Shown here: one piece after another, positions 38,840-51,305 of the stretch
Layout: each line of letters begins with the position of its first letter
Numbering within the stretch: the first letter of the stretch is position 1
Assembly: GCF_001194135.2 (NCBI RefSeq)
Contig: NC_068998.1
Location: 52,926,511 to 52,990,510, forward strand
Source: Octopus bimaculoides
Taxonomy: Eukaryota
Length of the DNA: 64,000 bases
Direction: 5' to 3'
The notes under the pieces: generated by a model
Told to the model about the DNA's origin: nothing
Database searches by the model: none
What the model saw: only the letters and a program-made list of their open reading frames with translations
Translations under genes and position numbers: made by a program

Positions 38840-39082
38840 CACACAGGTATATATATATATATATATATATATACATTTTTGTGTGTCCGTCTTTGTCCCC
38901 CACATCATCGCGAGACAACCGATGTTTGTGTGTTTACGTCCCCAGAACCAAGCTGTTCAGCAAAAGATATCGATGGAATAAAACCAAACAATAAGTCCTG
39001 GGGCGATTTCATCGACTAAATGCGGTGCCACAGCATGGCCGCGGTGAAATAACTGAAACGAATAAAAGAATAAAAGAATATA
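38700..39082 (+). mobile_element. SINE family A (5'-truncated) with expanded internal (AC)n(TA)n
   Basis: gatttggtagacgagaactgaaagaagccc..tttgtccccacatc..acaaccgatg..gcggtgccacagcatggccgc..actgaaacgaataaaagaataaaagaata. Confidence 0.85.
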
Positions 39083-39804
39083 CAAAGAAAGAGAAAGTGA
39101 GTGTGTTTGTGTGTGTTGGAGCTTTTAGTTCTTTTCTTTCTTACAATGACCAATATCGTTTGAAATGTAATGGTTGGATGATAGAGACGTGATTGAAAAC
39201 GTTTTTGAATAACTGAACTTTAGAGGCACAAGTGTTTCTCAATAGTTATATATTACTTTTTAATGAAATGAACATTATGCATGATGGTTGCAGACAGAAT
39301 AACAGATTTTTTTAAATACTTCTCCATAGAATTACAAGTAATAAAGTCGATATGCAGTCTTGTTATCAATACTCAGTCTGAAAATAATCAGCAATTTTTT
39401 TTCTTTATTGCATCGTCGATAAATCTCAATGTATACATGTACAAATAGTGAACTATCGATGGCCGAGTCCAATTACCTGTAAATTAATACCATGAATTAA
39501 TACAAATTAGTACAGAATTCATTCTTTGCACAAATTAAAGTGTCTCTTTTGCATCACTGGATGATTTTAGTAATAGCAGCCAAATCTATTTCCAGTCCAC
39601 GTTATCGAATCACAAATAAAACGATACATTGTACGGTGAAGAAATAAACAAAAAAAAAATACAGGAGGTCATGTTTTGATTAGTAATCATATTTATAAGG
39701 AATTGGATTTAAAAGCCAGCATCATTACCTGCTATATAGCACCTCATTAATTAAGGGAAATCTTGTGTTAGTAAAGAAATATTCTTTCATGTTTTATCAA
39801 ATAG

Positions 39805-40545
39805 TCGCAGGCGTGGCTGTGTCGTAAGAAGTTTGCTTTGTAACCAGTGGGGTTTGGGATCAATCCCAGTGCGATGCATGTTGGGCATTTGTTTTCTATT
39901 ATTGTCTAAGATCGACGAAAAGTGAAAATGGTAGACAGAAACTGAAAGAACCAGGTTGCATTTATCTTTTTGTTGTTTCAGTGAATAGATTGTGGCCATG
40001 CTGGAGCACCACATTGAAGAACTTTTGGTCAAATGAATCGATTCCGGTAAACATTACTTTTTTAAAGCCTGGTATTTATTCTATCGGTGTTCCGCTAAGT
40101 TCCGGGGAAGTAAACACACCAACACAGAATGTCAGGAGGTGTGGGGGGACAAAGACATACACACACACAAACACACATACTGATATATATATATATGTGT
40201 GTATGTGTGTGAGCGTGCGTGTGTATGTGTGCGTGCGTATATTCAAGAGGGGCTTCTTATAGTTTCCGTCCACTAAAACCCACTCATAGTTCTTTGGTTG
40301 GGCCGTGGCTAGAGTATTTATTTGTCTGTGTGTCCGTATTTGTCCCACACCACCGCTTGACAACCGGTGCCGGCATGTCTGCGTCCCCGTAACATAGCGT
40401 TTCGGCAGAAAAAGAGTCCGACAGAGTACGGAGCAGATTTAAAATGTATATAAATCCTGGGTTGATTATTTCGACTAAAATTGTTAAAGCCGGTGCTCCA
40501 GCATGGTTTCCGTCTAATGAGCGAAGCAAAAAATAAAAGATTTAA
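39805..40545. mobile_element. Nested SINEs: a minus-strand family A copy (about 39961-40315) inside a plus-strand family A copy (head 39805-39955, 3' half 40320-40545)
   Basis: Order and orientation of head, centre and tail motifs read directly. Confidence 0.75.
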
Positions 40546-41049
40546 AAAAAAAACAGAAACGAAATGTGCGCTGTTTGTCTCGAAATGATAAACTAATTAA
40601 ATTCATTGTTTCCTTGAAAATTCTTTTACTTTACATGATTGTAGAATCACCAAATTTTGGAATCAACTTCGTGGTTTATTCTACTGATTTTCTAACAAGG
40701 TATCCTAATACACATATGATTCAGGATGAAGCTTAAGTCTAGATTAAAAATCATCATTATTGAGGACTCCTAAATTAATGTCATCGATGCTGTCAATGCT
40801 GAACGTGACCAAAATTATTCCACCAGTGACACTGGTGTCAAAATACTTCAAGCACAGATTATCTAGGATTATATTATCCGGCCCGTATTTCTTTTAATGT
40901 GTTAGTGTGTCATTTGGAAAATATTTGCTTACTAATTCTAGCAAAACGAGTAGTAGTATCGATTATCATTTCTCACTGCGTATATATCTCACGGAGGGCT
41001 TATAGACCAACAGTGCTTATCAAGCGTTAGTAACACACACACACACACA

Positions 41050-41059
41050 NNNNNNNNNN
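41050..41059. other. Assembly gap
   Basis: Ten N inside (CA)n/(TA)n. Confidence 1.
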
Positions 41060-41097
<38 letters not shown>

Positions 41098-41539
41098 CAT
41101 ACATACATACCACGCGCTTCTACATAGTCTCCTTTTGCTAAATCAGTCGTGAGGTATTGGTCGACTCGGAGTTATAGCAGAAGACACTTCTTTTTAATGG
41201 ACATAAACTATATTCTTTAGATATACCTATTATTTTAAGGAAATTCATTCCCCCAAAACATTAGCTATTGAACCAGTATTTCCTTGGATGACGCCATTAC
41301 ATCATGAGGTTTAACATATCCTCGAATTAAATTTATATACATATACATATTAGTCACATAATTGAAAACTGTGTGCGCTTTATTTAGACTAATAATCAAC
41401 TAATATACATGCTGTGGAATTTTATGTATGATGTCAATTCTAATTTCACACACATCTACAATTTTATTGATGTGATATTATGGAACAGCTTCTTGTATAT
41501 GTATGAAACATTTCATTATTGGAAGGAGTTTCGTTGGTA

Positions 41540-42150
41540 CTCTCGACACCAAAATAAGGTTGAAAAACAACGATGACCTCGGTACGTTTGAACGCAGACG
41601 GTAACGAACTGAAACAAATACCGCAACGCCATTCGTCTGAAGCCGCAGCGATTCTGCCAGCCTGGGGCCTTCAATATTTCTTTCTAATAGGGCGGCGACC
41701 GGGCAGAATCGTTAGCAAGCTGGGCGAAATGCCCAGTGGTATTTCGTCTGCCACTACGTTCTGAGTTCAAATTCTTCCGAGGTCGACTTTGCCTTTCATC
41801 CTTTCAGAACTGATAAATTAAGCACCAGTTACGCACTGAGATCAAAGTAATCGACTTAATCCCTTTGCCTGTCCTTGTTTGTCCCCTCTATGTTTAGCCC
41901 ACTGTTTAGCCCCAATAAAGAAATAAATATTTATTCTAATTCAGACAGAAGACCAGCACTTTTGTGAAGGAAGAAGTCAGTCGATCGAATCGCCTCCTAT
42001 ACTACTTGGCTGATAGTTTATTTCAATGAAGCCAAGAGAATGAAAGACAAAATTGATGGCGGCAGGATGTGAACTCAGTAAATAAACGACCAGAAATAAT
42101 GTTACAAGATGTTTTTCTCAACGATTTTACGATTCTCTCACTCCACTGCC
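41540..42150. mobile_element. Cluster of three family B SINEs: minus 41540-41665, plus 41690-41930 (with the alternative tail), minus 41935-42150
   Basis: The plus copy reads gggcggcgaccgggcagaatcgttagc..ctgagttcaaattcttccgaggtcgactttgcctttcatcc..cctgtccttgtttgtcccctctatgtttagccc..caataaagaaataaa. Confidence 0.8.
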
Positions 42151-43121
42151 CTTGCTGTGATATTTATAATCCGGTCCGTAATATTTACCATTTTAAGATT
42201 AATTCGGCAGAAAATGATACAGTAGTGTAAATTCTGTAGCATCTCAACTTACCAATTCAACTTCTAAACTGTGAGTAAGTACGCAGTAAAACTAAGTGTT
42301 AGTTATGGGATTCAGTTTGTCTACTTCGTTCTTTAATCTCTCAATAAATATATCATTCTTATACTTGCGTTTTACCAATATTCATTTACATCCATATTCT
42401 AGTAAGGCTGTAACGAGACGAGGTACAGTGCATACTACGTTTTAAAACTAAACTTAATCTCATATAAAAGTCTAAAAGAATTTATATACCTTTCACTTTC
42501 ATCGTAAATCAACGTAGAGATATTTGCAAATGATTTATTAATGATGTAATAGCTTCAAAACTATAGCAGTTTGGAAGATTCCAAGAAAATTTGGCTGATA
42601 CTGGTTGAAGAATTTGGTGTCTGCGTCATAATTCGTACAGAGAGGGTAACATAGCGTAAAACATTCTCTAGAAATATAAATTGCTGAAAAATTAGTTAAT
42701 GTGACAGCTTATATGAATGAAGATAATTGCAACGATATATATTTTCGTACCTGGCTAGCCATGTATTTTAGTCTGTTTAACACTATTTCAACATTTCTCT
42801 TTGTATCTCTCCAACTGTCTATATTCTCATATATCTAAGTCTATATGTACATGTAAAACTTTATTTATCTGTCTGTTTGTCTCTCTCTCTCTCTATTTAT
42901 TTATCTATCTGTTTATCACTCGGTGTTTATTCGCATTTATTTTTTTATGCTCTTCTTTCAGTTTATCGTTCTGTCAATAGGATTTTTACTTTCCAACTCA
43001 ATCAATCTATCGATCTACCTTTCTGTCTATCTGTCTTGTTTTCTTTTCACTTATCAATCCTTCCCTCCATCTTGCCTATCTACCTCGTCCACTTGCCTAT
43101 CTACCTCGTACCCAATCTATG

Positions 43122-43172
<51 letters not shown>

Positions 43173-43178
43173 ATATAT

Positions 43179-43289
<111 letters not shown>

Positions 43290-43841
43290 CATACCTACCT
43301 ACCACTTTCACTTGCGGTTGTGTATGTTTTGGTGTGTCTGTGTGTCTTTCCCACTCTTTGTTGACATATCAATTTTCCTATTTTGAATTGTTACTTTATG
43401 TTAAAATATCAACGCAATTTGTTACATTATTCGAGCGCCTTATACAGTAACCCAACGATGTTAGAATGGCGGAGCAGTGTAACAGAAGACTTGCGTCGAA
43501 TAAGGGACAGTTGAGCACGACATTGAATGAGATAAAATATATAATTTAAAGGATTATAAGGTAACATTGTTCATCCTTTTAACTCATGCCCTTTCTCATC
43601 TAAGAACAACATGAATGTGATGGAGCGCGCAAGTCAAAAGATATCCTGCGACTACGTGGCTGGGAGGCAAACTTATTTTCATATATCCACTCCGGCATAT
43701 TCATGCAACACATTCTGTTAAAAGACATGATCTGCTAAGGAAGAAACAAAAAGGGCAACATTCCATTACATGTGTGTGTTTGTGTGTGTGATTGTCAGTG
43801 TGTGTCTGTACTTATATAATATATATATGTATGTATGTATG

Positions 43842-43895
<54 letters not shown>

Positions 43896-44645
43896 NNNNN
43901 NNNNNNNNNNNNNNNNNNNNNNNNNNNNNNNNNNNNNNNNNNNNNNNNNNNNNNNNNNNNNNNNNNNNNNNNNNNNNNNNNNNNNNNNNNNNNNNNNNNN
44001 NNNNNNNNNNNNNNNNNNNNNNNNNNNNNNNNNNNNNNNNNNNNNNNNNNNNNNNNNNNNNNNNNNNNNNNNNNNNNNNNNNNNNNNNNNNNNNNNNNNN
44101 NNNNNNNNNNNNNNNNNNNNNNNNNNNNNNNNNNNNNNNNNNNNNNNNNNNNNNNNNNNNNNNNNNNNNNNNNNNNNNNNNNNNNNNNNNNNNNNNNNNN
44201 NNNNNNNNNNNNNNNNNNNNNNNNNNNNNNNNNNNNNNNNNNNNNNNNNNNNNNNNNNNNNNNNNNNNNNNNNNNNNNNNNNNNNNNNNNNNNNNNNNNN
44301 NNNNNNNNNNNNNNNNNNNNNNNNNNNNNNNNNNNNNNNNNNNNNNNNNNNNNNNNNNNNNNNNNNNNNNNNNNNNNNNNNNNNNNNNNNNNNNNNNNNN
44401 NNNNNNNNNNNNNNNNNNNNNNNNNNNNNNNNNNNNNNNNNNNNNNNNNNNNNNNNNNNNNNNNNNNNNNNNNNNNNNNNNNNNNNNNNNNNNNNNNNNN
44501 NNNNNNNNNNNNNNNNNNNNNNNNNNNNNNNNNNNNNNNNNNNNNNNNNNNNNNNNNNNNNNNNNNNNNNNNNNNNNNNNNNNNNNNNNNNNNNNNNNNN
44601 NNNNNNNNNNNNNNNNNNNNNNNNNNNNNNNNNNNNNNNNNNNNN
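43896..44645. other. Assembly gap
   Basis: Run of N flanked by (TA)n and (GT)n. Confidence 1.
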
Positions 44646-44787
44646 GTGTGTGTAGGTATATGTATATATATACAGATTGTTTTTTTATTCGCCGCTCGTA
44701 ATATCCTTTCCTTTATATATTCAGTGGAACGGTTATCGACTACTATTTCCAGCAATATATCAAAAAGAAATAGTGGCACAACAATCT

Positions 44788-44829
<42 letters not shown>

Positions 44830-46130
44830 TTGTACATACTTTGAATGGTTAAGATGCTTGTGTTGTAATCACATGGTTTCAGGCTGTCTCACTGCCCGGA
44901 ACATCGGTTGCGTGACTTCTTCTATGGCTACGAACTACCGGATGACTTGAGAGGGAATGTTTCGACGAAAACTGAGTGAAAGCTCCCGTGCACACATATA
45001 TGATTTTCTGACTAAAGTTTATGTAGTCTTTTTCCCTACACAGGATGGCGAATAGTTAACGGCGTAAGTGACCATATTGAAGAAATTAGCTGACATGGAG
45101 CTGAAAGCATCGGGATATTAGAAATGAGGATCCGCATCGGGTTTCAAATCCGACATCCGAGAACACTGTAAAGAATTTCAGACATGACGTGGACAACTGC
45201 AACGGAGACTACAAAGCTGTAGCCAACAAGGAGGGACACACCACTGGAGCTGATGGCGCAGACGGGTGGTATGCAATGTGACAGGAAAGAAAACACGAGA
45301 CTTACACTAGAAAAGGAACTAAAATTAAAGAGTAGCTGGATGACTCTCAGACAAAAACAAGCGACCAAGCCACCTGAAAAACACTTGGCCTTCTATTAGA
45401 AGAAACAGGCAAAACATTTTATAAACACATAATGTCATCAGGAATTCATCCAGACTGAACAATTCACAACTGTCAAAGAAAATTATGTAACCAGAGCATT
45501 CGCAAATCAAATGACGTATTCAGGCAGTTATTCTAACAAAACATTAGGCTACGGGTGTACAAAAAATAATTGACGCCATTGAATTTACAACCAATCAGGA
45601 ATGCAACCTATATCGTAAAACACACATATAATGCTATTTTAACTGAAAATTGTTCAAGATCTCAACATCAGATTCAACGATTAATAATTCTCCTTCATGT
45701 ATTACTACAGAAATTCTAAGAAATGTCTTTTTCCTTATTTTTCAAATGTTCAGCGTTTCTAATTGTTAATAGAACATATTGCTGTTAAACGTACTAAATT
45801 CTCGGTCACGTATTAGTCCTTTAACATATGAACTTTTAGTATTTGATGTGAAAGTGTAATTTATTGAGCATCTGAATTTGTGCGATCGTTGGTTTGCTTG
45901 AACACGTATTACCAAATACCATTTTGTGCATTCAGCTTCTTTTCTTTATATTTATTTATTGAATAGTGAAATCTTATAACACAATATATTGAAACCGGTA
46001 TGGTATTTTAATAAATATGTAAACAATTTCAGAAACAAATCAATTCGTTTTCGAACTCAGGTGTATTCTAAACGTCAACACTAAATGTATGTATATATAC
46101 ACACACGTTATATATACATACATATATATG

Positions 46131-46186
<56 letters not shown>

Positions 46187-47448
46187 TCTGTCTGTCTGTC
46201 TGCCTGTGTATATACTTGTATATTTTTGTCTAAGTATACGTATTTGATTTTGTATTAGTCTGAGTGAAGAGAATAACATGTATCCTACATAATACAGTTT
46301 TAATCTAGTCTCTGTACGTACACTGACGTTCTTTGATATTCGCTATTTATACTTCCGTTTGCCATTCACAAGTGATTGCTAATGGTTCCTCGGACATCCA
46401 CGAGGCAACATCGAGTAGAAACACATAATTAGAAGCACACTCTGTCTCGCCCATTTTCTAACATATGTTCACATGAAAAGATACAATCTCACATATTTAA
46501 ACTCATGCATTTCGATCTATTAATGAGATGGAATACATATATTCGTGAGAAGGATCTATTTAGTTCAGAACCATGAAAGCTAATGGGTAAATCGTAAGAC
46601 TGAAAAAGGGAGATAGAACGAAAGATCCACAATATACATACACAAGCACATCTATATCGGCTGAGATTTTTGTATCTTAAACTTCTATATCTACCCGTGT
46701 TTATTGGTGATATTCTTCCAAAGATTGGGATGGGAGAAAGAAAGAGGCAAAAGTTAAATGAAAGAATTAGAATATAATAATCTCAAATATTGAAGATTGG
46801 TTATTTTAATCGTACAAATTATAGAATAATTTTATTTTTAGTGTTTGCTATATTCTTGCTAGTTAAAGGGAAATTTTGAAATACAAATTTTTTTTCGTCC
46901 AATGAGGCAAATATCAATGTTTATTGTGACATTTATGAAAATAACTTGTTCTAAGAACTTTACTCTTAGGAAAATGGTGGAGAAAAAGAGAGAGAGGTGA
47001 CAAGAGAGGGAGATACAGGGAGGGAGAGGGAGCGTGGCAGTGAGAGAGGAAAGTGTGTGAAATATATATATATTAATGACTGGTTTAACAAAACTATCTC
47101 GAGAAAATAACTACTAGGTGTAGTTTCTGATCTAAAATTCACTTAAGAATACTTACAAGACGTGTAAGTAGTAATTTTCTCTAAGGAGATTCAGAGATTG
47201 CAAGAAATAATTGAAAATAAGTTGGTTTTATTTCAATAGATTTTTGAACAAGAATATTTTAATATATTGTGAGTAATCATGGACGTACAATTTCCACACA
47301 ATTCTACATACAAGTGTTGCAGACATATATTATATAGATCGACACAGAAAAAAGAAAAAAAAGAAACAGAAAATAAATGGATACACGTACATTTAACAAA
47401 ACTTATTCACCAAAGCAGTTAGAATATATTTGTGAATTTCATATATAT

Positions 47449-48365
47449 NNNNNNNNNNNNNNNNNNNNNNNNNNNNNNNNNNNNNNNNNNNNNNNNNNNN
47501 NNNNNNNNNNNNNNNNNNNNNNNNNNNNNNNNNNNNNNNNNNNNNNNNNNNNNNNNNNNNNNNNNNNNNNNNNNNNNNNNNNNNNNNNNNNNNNNNNNNN
47601 NNNNNNNNNNNNNNNNNNNNNNNNNNNNNNNNNNNNNNNNNNNNNNNNNNNNNNNNNNNNNNNNNNNNNNNNNNNNNNNNNNNNNNNNNNNNNNNNNNNN
47701 NNNNNNNNNNNNNNNNNNNNNNNNNNNNNNNNNNNNNNNNNNNNNNNNNNNNNNNNNNNNNNNNNNNNNNNNNNNNNNNNNNNNNNNNNNNNNNNNNNNN
47801 NNNNNNNNNNNNNNNNNNNNNNNNNNNNNNNNNNNNNNNNNNNNNNNNNNNNNNNNNNNNNNNNNNNNNNNNNNNNNNNNNNNNNNNNNNNNNNNNNNNN
47901 NNNNNNNNNNNNNNNNNNNNNNNNNNNNNNNNNNNNNNNNNNNNNNNNNNNNNNNNNNNNNNNNNNNNNNNNNNNNNNNNNNNNNNNNNNNNNNNNNNNN
48001 NNNNNNNNNNNNNNNNNNNNNNNNNNNNNNNNNNNNNNNNNNNNNNNNNNNNNNNNNNNNNNNNNNNNNNNNNNNNNNNNNNNNNNNNNNNNNNNNNNNN
48101 NNNNNNNNNNNNNNNNNNNNNNNNNNNNNNNNNNNNNNNNNNNNNNNNNNNNNNNNNNNNNNNNNNNNNNNNNNNNNNNNNNNNNNNNNNNNNNNNNNNN
48201 NNNNNNNNNNNNNNNNNNNNNNNNNNNNNNNNNNNNNNNNNNNNNNNNNNNNNNNNNNNNNNNNNNNNNNNNNNNNNNNNNNNNNNNNNNNNNNNNNNNN
48301 NNNNNNNNNNNNNNNNNNNNNNNNNNNNNNNNNNNNNNNNNNNNNNNNNNNNNNNNNNNNNNNNN
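47449..48365. other. Assembly gap
   Basis: Run of N. Confidence 1.
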
Positions 48366-48639
48366 ATAAATTCACTGAAGTGATCCCCTTTTGCAATCAT
48401 AGGTTTTCCTCCACTTTCTTGAAGGTATATAGAAATAAAAATAAAAATAGAAAATATAAATAAGATTATTTGTCTGCGTTAGGGTTGATTTGAAACCTGA
48501 AGGTTTACATTAGTTACTACAGCTAATTTGAATTCCTGTTTTTATTTAATTATTCATGACGTGGACTAGTTTTTCCCTCTTGACTATATAAGCCTGTCAT
48601 AAGATAAAAAATAATTCTTTTTGCATGTCCTGATGTTTG

Positions 48640-48880
48640 TTTGTAATTGTTACATTGCGAAGGGGGTCATCACCGGATTGCACTATGATGTGTATGGACT
48701 ACGGTGGTGAACCCTTGAAACGGCCATAGGTGCTTGTGTGTGTGTTTTGATTTATGTTTTTGACCAGTTGGTTTTATGAACCTTTGTAAGTTTGGTGAGC
48801 CTCTGCTCACGGATTTTACCTCTGGAAGTCTGCTGTTTTTATGTGTACTTTGAGGTAAGTACAGGACTTTCTAATATAAC
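48640..48880 (+). mobile_element. Probable Penelope-like terminal repeat with degenerate hammerhead and splice donor
   Basis: A long stem (aaggg..tcatcaccg / cggtggtga..ccctt) followed by gaaa-cggcca-ta at 48717-48728; gag|gtaagt at about 48854. Confidence 0.4.
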
Positions 48881-49330
48881 TTTAAATGATGTTAAATTAT
48901 TTTAAAGTTCTTTGTCATTTTAATGTTTTCTCATCAGAAAAAATTATGTTAGTCGATGGATTATTATAGTATTTTATTTTACTTAATTTTATCTTATTCT
49001 ATTTTGCTTTATTTGTCTATTTTGAATTTTTATTTAGTTTTATTCGAATTGAAATTTTTAAAAAAAATATACATATATTGTGTTATATTTTTAACCCAAA
49101 TTTGATTTATTTCTATGTTATTAATAGAAAAAAAGAATTTATATTGTGTATTTTATTTTTATTTTTTATATATATTTTCTTATGTATTTTTTTACCGTTT
49201 ATTGAGGGTACTGCTGTATGTTGAATCGTTGACCCAAAGGTAATGATTTTATTCTGTAACTAATAATTTTTTATACACACACACACACATACACACACAC
49301 ACAGACACACACACACACACACACACATAT

Positions 49331-49414
49331 ATTTATTTATGTACCTATGCATATATATATACATTTATTTATGTACCTATGCATATATATATATATATAT
49401 TTATTTATGTACCT

Positions 49415-49420
<6 letters not shown>
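49331..49420. repeat. Minisatellite, 3 copies of atttatttatgtacctat(g/a)c+(at)n
   Basis: Units start near 49331, 49363 and 49399. Confidence 0.85.
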
Positions 49421-49469
<49 letters not shown>

Positions 49470-49471
<2 letters not shown>

Positions 49472-49720
49472 ATTCCCCAATGTAACCTTGTGGATATCGT
49501 TGGCTATTTTTTCTTCTTCCGTCTTCCCTTCTTTGGACTTTCATATGTTTCCGACGAAGAGCTCCGCTCGAACCGTCAAATTCTCTTTCTTTCCTTTCCC
49601 GAGCGTCCAGTAACACAATCTGTATCACGTCCTCGCGTTGTTGATTTTTGTTGCTTTTTCTTGGCGTAACAAATCCTCTTTTGTCGTATTCAAGGTGCAA
49701 TTTCATGAAAGAACCTCCTT
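49470..49720 (+). mobile_element. Penelope-like terminus with hammerhead-like motif
   Basis: gttt-ccgacga-a-gagc-tcc-gctc-gaac-cgtc-aaat at 49547-49581, then ttcccgagcgtc as in the copies at 1-110 and 58701. Confidence 0.5.
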
Positions 49721-50859
49721 GAAAGCTTTATCATTATCTGTTATATTTTGTGAGTTTTTATCTATTATTTTTAAGCTTACCTCAGTAAGTCAGTAATTGT
49801 ACGTATCGAACAGAATCAATGCCACTCTCTATAGTATCACTCTGCGCTGTGCGTTGGTAAAGCGTTAGCAAATCGTCATGTGATTGCTTTTTTTTAAACA
49901 AAACCCTAGAAAAATGTATCTTGTGGTCAATTATTGTCCACATTTTATAAACAAATATAAGTTTTGATTTAGCAGACTATAATTAATTACTCCTAAGCGA
50001 ATGCCTCGAGTGATAAGTGATAGGACTATAAAGATTAGAAAAAAACTATACTTCTCACTGTCCGACCACCGTCGCCCCTCCCCTGTATCAGTAACAAGAC
50101 TCGGTTCAACTTACCTGTCAATCAAGTTTATTTTCACTTCTTTTCATTTGATTTCAGTTCAATTATTTCTCTATCAATTTCTATATCTATAAAACTGCGT
50201 GATGGAATACCTACTGATCTATCTATCTATCTGTCTGTCTCATCTACGCTTCTTTCTATGTATGTGTGTATCTGCTTGCTGTGTTAATATGGACATGCAT
50301 TTAAACTTAAGAAAGGAAAAAAATTAAACTAACCAAAATGCAATCTGAATAAATCGTGTCCAACATGTCCACATCTTTGGGATAGAAGACGTAAAATAGT
50401 GTCATCGAAAACTTATTGCAAAGTATTTCATTTTATGTTAACCATCTATCGATATAATTTTAAAGTCCACCTTGCGATATACTTTCAGTCGACGTATCTA
50501 TCAATACGGTTAGATAGATACATCGACGGAAAGAAGGTATTGAACATTTTGTACATTAAAACGTGCAAAAGAACCAACCTATTTTGACTGCCTTTGATGA
50601 TATTTTATCAAACGACATTTGAAGTCATATAACTGCACTCATGTGCACACTCACCTCCTCCTCTCTCTGTCTCTTTCTTTATTTCTTATTTCGTTGTATT
50701 TATTCTTGTAACTATTTAAACACATTACAGCAATCCCTTTACCCTAGTTCTCACGCTAACACTTTTCCTCACTCGCTCTCTCTCTCTCTCTCTTTGCATC
50801 TACCCTCAACCAATCCCTGCACAGCGTCAGACATATTAGTGTTACAGGTCTAGATTTAA

Positions 50860-51063
50860 TGGAGTTCTATATAAATGGAGACTCCCCCCCCCCTATGGGA
50901 TGAAGTTAAAATAATAGACAGAGAACACCACTGGAAAATACGAAAACTAAAAGAAGCAGCACATATGCTAGGACACAACAACCTCCTAAGCAGGCCGAGT
51001 GCAAATATCAATAGCATATGGGAACCGGTATTAAGGAAGGATAGGAGAATTTTAGATTTATAA
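50860..51063 (+). mobile_element. Penelope-like element GIY-YIG endonuclease C-terminal fragment
   Basis: PLWDEVKIIDREHHWKIRKLKEAAHM matches the typical PLE motif W..VKILD.E..W..RK.KEA..I. Confidence 0.8.
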
Positions 51064-51092
51064 GCCCTAAAATTTACTCCATACTTATCCAC

Positions 51093-51305
51093 GGGCATAT
51101 GGCGTAGTGGTTAAGAGCGCGGGCTACTAACCCCAAGATTCCGAGTTCGAGTCCAGGCAGTGAACTGGAATAATAACATCGAAAGATACCTTGCGAATGA
51201 GAACCCGCACTGGCGTCGATGTAATCGATTTAACTCTCTGTCTGTCCTTGTTTGTCTCCTTTATGTTTAGCCGTTTGTGGGCAATAAAGAAATAAAAATA
51301 AATAC
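51093..51305 (+). mobile_element. tRNA-derived SINE, family C
   Basis: gggcatatggcgtagtggttaagagcgcgggctactaaccccaagattccgagttcgagtccaggcag with clear A box (TGGCGTAGTGG) and B box (GAGTTCGAGTCC); tail shared with some family B copies. Confidence 0.85.

Noticed and set aside
45120-45520. GC-moderate segment that looks like coding sequence
   Set aside because: All frames contain stops within about 40-75 codons and no motif is recognisable; probably an old repeat.
51093-51175. Possible functional tRNA gene
   Set aside because: The A and B boxes are good, but the sequence continues into a SINE body and tail shared with other copies and has no proper acceptor stem, so it is called a SINE head.
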